DNA from: Thermoproteota archaeon
GTDB taxonomy: Archaea; Thermoproteota; Methanomethylicia; Methanomethylicales; Methanomethylicaceae
Direction: 5' to 3'
Assembly (NCBI GenBank): GCA_029887765.1
Contig: JARXPF010000001.1
Coordinates: 194,378 to 258,377 of the forward strand
Length of the DNA: 64,000 bases
Shown here: positions 60,590 through 64,000 of the stretch, piece after piece
How positions within the stretch are numbered: the first letter of the stretch is position 1
Layout: every line of letters starts with the position of its first letter
Program-made: the position numbers and the translations under genes
Notes under the pieces: model-generated
What the model saw: the letters and a program-made list of their open reading frames with translations, nothing else
What the model was told of the DNA's origin: nothing
The model's database searches: none

Positions 60590-61068
60590 ATGTTTCTAAT
60601 CCTGATACAATCAATATAACCTATTTCTCTGAAGCTTACTGGCATGATTATTAATTTCTGCTATTATACTAAAAATTTCTTATATGGTCTTTTATAGAAA
60701 TACATAATTATACATCATAAGCGTTTTAAGTTAATCATCTATAATATTATAATGCCTAGTCTGTTCTTTTTAAGGATTTTCTTATCTATTCACTGGCATA
60801 TTCTACTTTATCAAACTCCATTATAAATTCCTTAATTAGAAATTACAATATTACTAGATAACTCACTTTCCTTAGGTTTAAATTCTAGCAATTGTACCAT
60901 TATTAGTATAATTAATGAATTTATTAGAAATTTTAATATTTTTCATTAATTTTTCTATAGTCGTTAATATTTTTAATAGTTCTAAATGAAGTAATTATTT
61001 AAATGTTAAGTGTTCTTTTATTCAACAAATAAACAAAAATATAAACAAGAAAAACAAATTTCTAATAT

Positions 61069-61863
61069 ATGGGCTATCCACTAGACTTAAGTAGATATAT
61101 AAAGCTACCAAATAGAGAATTACTAGAAATTTTAATTAAACAAAAAGATAAGTCCTCTTTTGACATTTCAAAAATTTGTGATATTATAAAAACTCATAAT
61201 GCAAAATTGATATATAACATTACTTACTATATTGATGGATTATTACATATGTTAATGTTTCTTGATATATCAGATTTGAGTATTTCTACTGATGAATTTA
61301 TTCAAGAATTTAAAAAAGAACCTTTAGAAGTTTTGGAATTTTCAAAATCAAAAATAAAAGGTGTATTAATAGATACAATATCTTTTCCTTTACTTGCTGG
61401 AAAATCAAGAGTTGTAATATTTAGAGATCTTGCATATTCACATATGATACAAGGAATAAGAGAGAAATTTGGATCTGGAGGAGAAGCCTTGCTATACTAC
61501 ATTGGTTTTGAAAGTGGAAAAGGTTTTGGAAAACTTCATAAAGAATTTGCACATAATACAGGAATTAACAATCCTTTTGAAATTTTTAATATTATAAGTG
61601 CAACTTTCTTCCAATGGGCAGGATTTGGTAAAATGGAAGTTATTGAAATTACAGAAAGAGGAGGATTAATTAAAGTTTATGATAATTTTGAATGTGAAAT
61701 TATGAAGAAAAAATCTAAAAAACCATATAGTCAATTCATTAGAGGAGCAATAACTGGAGTTTTAAGTGAAATTTTTAATAAAGAAGTTAGTGTTATTGAA
61801 GAAATGTGTTTAGCTAAAGGAGATGATCTTTGTAAATTTAGAATATTTTTTAAAAATCAATAA
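61069..61863 (+). CDS. V4R (4-vinyl reductase) domain protein
   Basis: C-terminal V4R-like pattern including ..CLAKGDDLCKF. Confidence 0.5.
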   Translation: MGYPLDLSRYIKLPNRELLEILIKQKDKSSFDISKICDIIKTHNAKLIYNITYYIDGLLHMLMFLDISDLSISTDEFIQEFKKEPLEVLEFSKSKIKGVLIDTISFPLLAGKSRVVIFRDLAYSHMIQGIREKFGSGGEALLYYIGFESGKGFGKLHKEFAHNTGINNPFEIFNIISATFFQWAGFGKMEVIEITERGGLIKVYDNFECEIMKKKSKKPYSQFIRGAITGVLSEIFNKEVSVIEEMCLAKGDDLCKFRIFFKNQ

Positions 61864-62307
61864 TGCTAATACTGCTTTTAAAATATCCCATGGAATAAAA
61901 GGTATAACACCTATGAAAAAAGCTTGATAAAATCCAATCCAATATGATAACCAAAGCCAACCAAGAAAGAATATTGTAGTCATGCATACAAATACTGAAA
62001 TCACATCTCTTTTTAAAAATCCTGCAAATGAACCAAAAAAGAAACCAATTATATAACCACCAGTAGGTCCAATTAAAGCTAAATATCCTGGCTTTCCCAT
62101 AGCAAATACTGGCAATCCTATTAGTCCTAAGAGAATATATATTCCTTGACTTAAAAAAGCATATTTTCTAAGTATTAAAACAGAAAGATAAACAAAAAGA
62201 GTTTGAAGAGTAAATGGAACATAAAAAGTAGGAATTGTAATCCATGCTCCTATTGTTGTGAAAGCAGCAAATATTGCAGATATAGCAATAATCCTTGGTG
62301 AAAGCAT
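61810..62307 (-). CDS. bioY: BioY-family biotin transporter S component
   Basis: FTLQTLFV and GPTGGY motifs, 165 aa membrane protein. Confidence 0.65.
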   Translation of the reverse strand: MLSPRIIAISAIFAAFTTIGAWITIPTFYVPFTLQTLFVYLSVLILRKYAFLSQGIYILLGLIGLPVFAMGKPGYLALIGPTGGYIIGFFFGSFAGFLKRDVISVFVCMTTIFFLGWLWLSYWIGFYQAFFIGVIPFIPWDILKAVLALLIFKKYSKFTKIISFS

Positions 62308-62350
62308 AATTTTTTAATTGTTAACTAAAATATAAATATTTGGTTAACAA

Positions 62351-64000
62351 TTAATATCCAAATACATCTAATTTCATTAAATCAATTTTAAATTCAAATT
62401 CTTCTTCACCAAAGGTATAAACTCTTAGTTTTGATGTTCCAGAACTTATATATCTAGAATCTTCCATGTTTATTACTATATTTTCAGGAATATTTGGAAT
62501 TGAAATATAAGAATAAAATAATTGCCATGAAGATGTAGAATAATCCCATATGTAAAATGTTGCATTTACAGATTTTGTAAATATACATGTTATATTATAA
62601 GTCATATTTATTATCATACCAATATTTATATTAGTAAAAGTGAAGTTAGCTTCTAACTCATATTTCGTAATAACACTTGGTGATAAAAGAAGATAATCAT
62701 TCATCATATAGAATTTTCTTCCTATTTTAGTAGCTGTAATTAAAATTTTCCAATTTCCAGCAGAATCTTTAAAATCTTCAGCTCTATGAGATGTACTTTG
62801 AGAAATAGATTCATATGAAAATCCTGGACCTGATATATAATTAACATAACCAAAACCTGATGTTTGATATGCTCCTGTAGTATAATTATACAATTGAATA
62901 GTAACATTTACTGAAGAAATACTAAAAGCTTGTGTTGAATTCCATAATAATGATGTCCATTCTAAAACATCACTTGTTCCATAAAATTCTACAGATATGG
63001 AATGTATATTTATAATTGGAATAAAGTTTAACATATTTAAACTAAAGTTTAGTCCTGTACTTGAACTTAATATAGTAATTTTTATTGACCAATTTCCAAA
63101 AGCATCTCTAAAACTATTTGCTCCTGAAGTTATTTGAAATGTTCTTAATTCTTCATCAACATTATTATAAATAAATTCAAAATATCCTTCTTCACCATAA
63201 TTTGGATATCTATTTATTTCAAAATTATATATTCTTATTATACAATTTGCTGGTGTTATAGAAACATTAGAGACCATGTCTATTATTATGGAATTCCAAT
63301 CATCTGTATCTGCATTTCCTTTTAGTTCTGCATTAAAAATTGTATAATATGATGAAAACACTATGCCCACATCATCTATTCTTGCTATAATATGAGATAA
63401 ATCATATGCTTCTAAGCAGCTTATATCAAATACTATTTTAATTGTATAATTAGTATTTGGATTTAATGAAACAGGTATTCCATTTCTATATAAGTACCCT
63501 ATTGAAACACCAGTCCAACCAATTCCACCATTATCATCATTATAAAGTATTGAAATATCATTTCCCATAAAGTCTGCAAGTATGAGCTTTACTGAATTTA
63601 ATTTTACATGACTATAGTTTCCATAATTATATTTATAACTTGGACTTAATTCAAATTTCCAAGCAAAGCTTGCAAAAGCTGCTTGCCATGAAGATGGTGA
63701 AGTGAAATTAGTATAAAAAGTAATATTTAATCTATAAAATGAATAATCATAATACATGTCATCAATATCAAATTTTAAACATCCTCCACTACTTCCACTT
63801 GGATTTCCATTTTGTGAATCATATAAAGGACCATCTTTCTTTATTAAATCCCTTGGATAAATATAGCCATATAATATATTATTTGCACCATATAAGAAAA
63901 CAAAATCTATTCTTGAAGATAATGGTTTATAAATTGAATTTGGAAGTTGATAACTACCACTATATATAATATTTTCTCCAGACCATGTACCATTATAATA
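62351..64000 (-). CDS. large secreted/surface glycoprotein, partial (runs past window end)
   Basis: Frame stays open upstream of the reported Met at 63757 to the window end. Very rich in N-x-S/T sequons, beta-rich, no TM segment in the visible part. Confidence 0.45.
   Translation of the reverse strand, partial: YYNGTWSGENIIYSGSYQLPNSIYKPLSSRIDFVFLYGANNILYGYIYPRDLIKKDGPLYDSQNGNPSGSSGGCLKFDIDDMYYDYSFYRLNITFYTNFTSPSSWQAAFASFAWKFELSPSYKYNYGNYSHVKLNSVKLILADFMGNDISILYNDDNGGIGWTGVSIGYLYRNGIPVSLNPNTNYTIKIVFDISCLEAYDLSHIIARIDDVGIVFSSYYTIFNAELKGNADTDDWNSIIIDMVSNVSITPANCIIRIYNFEINRYPNYGEEGYFEFIYNNVDEELRTFQITSGANSFRDAFGNWSIKITILSSSTGLNFSLNMLNFIPIINIHSISVEFYGTSDVLEWTSLLWNSTQAFSISSVNVTIQLYNYTTGAYQTSGFGYVNYISGPGFSYESISQSTSHRAEDFKDSAGNWKILITATKIGRKFYMMNDYLLLSPSVITKYELEANFTFTNINIGMIINMTYNITCIFTKSVNATFYIWDYSTSSWQLFYSYISIPNIPENIVINMEDSRYISSGTSKLRVYTFGEEEFEFKIDLMKLDVFGY

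Noticed and set aside
1-64000. CRISPR arrays, cas genes or toxin-antitoxin pairs
   Set aside because: No regularly spaced direct repeats and no Cas or TA-like small gene pairs were found anywhere in the window.

Overview
This looks like an AT-rich archaeal chromosome segment, probably crenarchaeal/TACK-like. Genes are tightly packed, often overlapping, and frequently use TTG/GTG starts. All protein calls are by eye from motifs, not from database searches, and all coordinates are hand-counted.

Contents, in order along the window:
- An Mrp/Mbh-type membrane antiporter module with three polyferredoxin genes on the minus strand (1-6308).
- EndoQ-like nuclease, prolyl-tRNA synthetase, SpeH-like decarboxylase, a small S30e gene missing from the ORF track, Trm1 and RNase HII.
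- The fibrillarin-Nop5-RrmJ-TFB-Gar1 block, followed by SRP19, HypA, S8e and HypE.
- A run of RNA-processing genes: Prs, Trm11, RNase Z, LigT, CCA-adding enzyme, a RIO-type kinase, a Hef-like helicase and a multi-zinc-ribbon wHTH protein of unknown function.
- A type-IV-pilus-like locus: ATPase, a platform protein split into two ORFs, and two pilin-like genes.
- A small GC-richer segment between tRNA-Glu and a tRNA-His gene that carries an insert. It contains gene remnants and a VIT1-family transporter with an unusual N-terminal domain.
- A replication cluster (Orc1/Cdc6, RFC large and small, GINS-like, MCM, Hel308) interleaved with molybdenum-cofactor genes moaC, moaB, mobB and moaA.
- NAPRTase, enolase, tRNA-Pro, flavodoxin, tRNA-Gly with a canonical intron, a V4R protein, BioY and a large N-glycosylation-rich secreted protein running off the window end.

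Main points worth a second look:
- The co-directional LigT-CCA-kinase-helicase-unknown block (32517-37751).
- Hel308 sits in the same frame as MCM, separated only by a TAG, with no canonical start for 75 codons.
- A PflX-like radical-SAM gene is split by a frameshift at a GC-rich palindrome.
- The atypical tRNA-His precursor and the compositionally foreign segment it borders.
- Several long ORF-free gaps in an otherwise compact genome.

No CRISPR array, integrase or transposase was seen.
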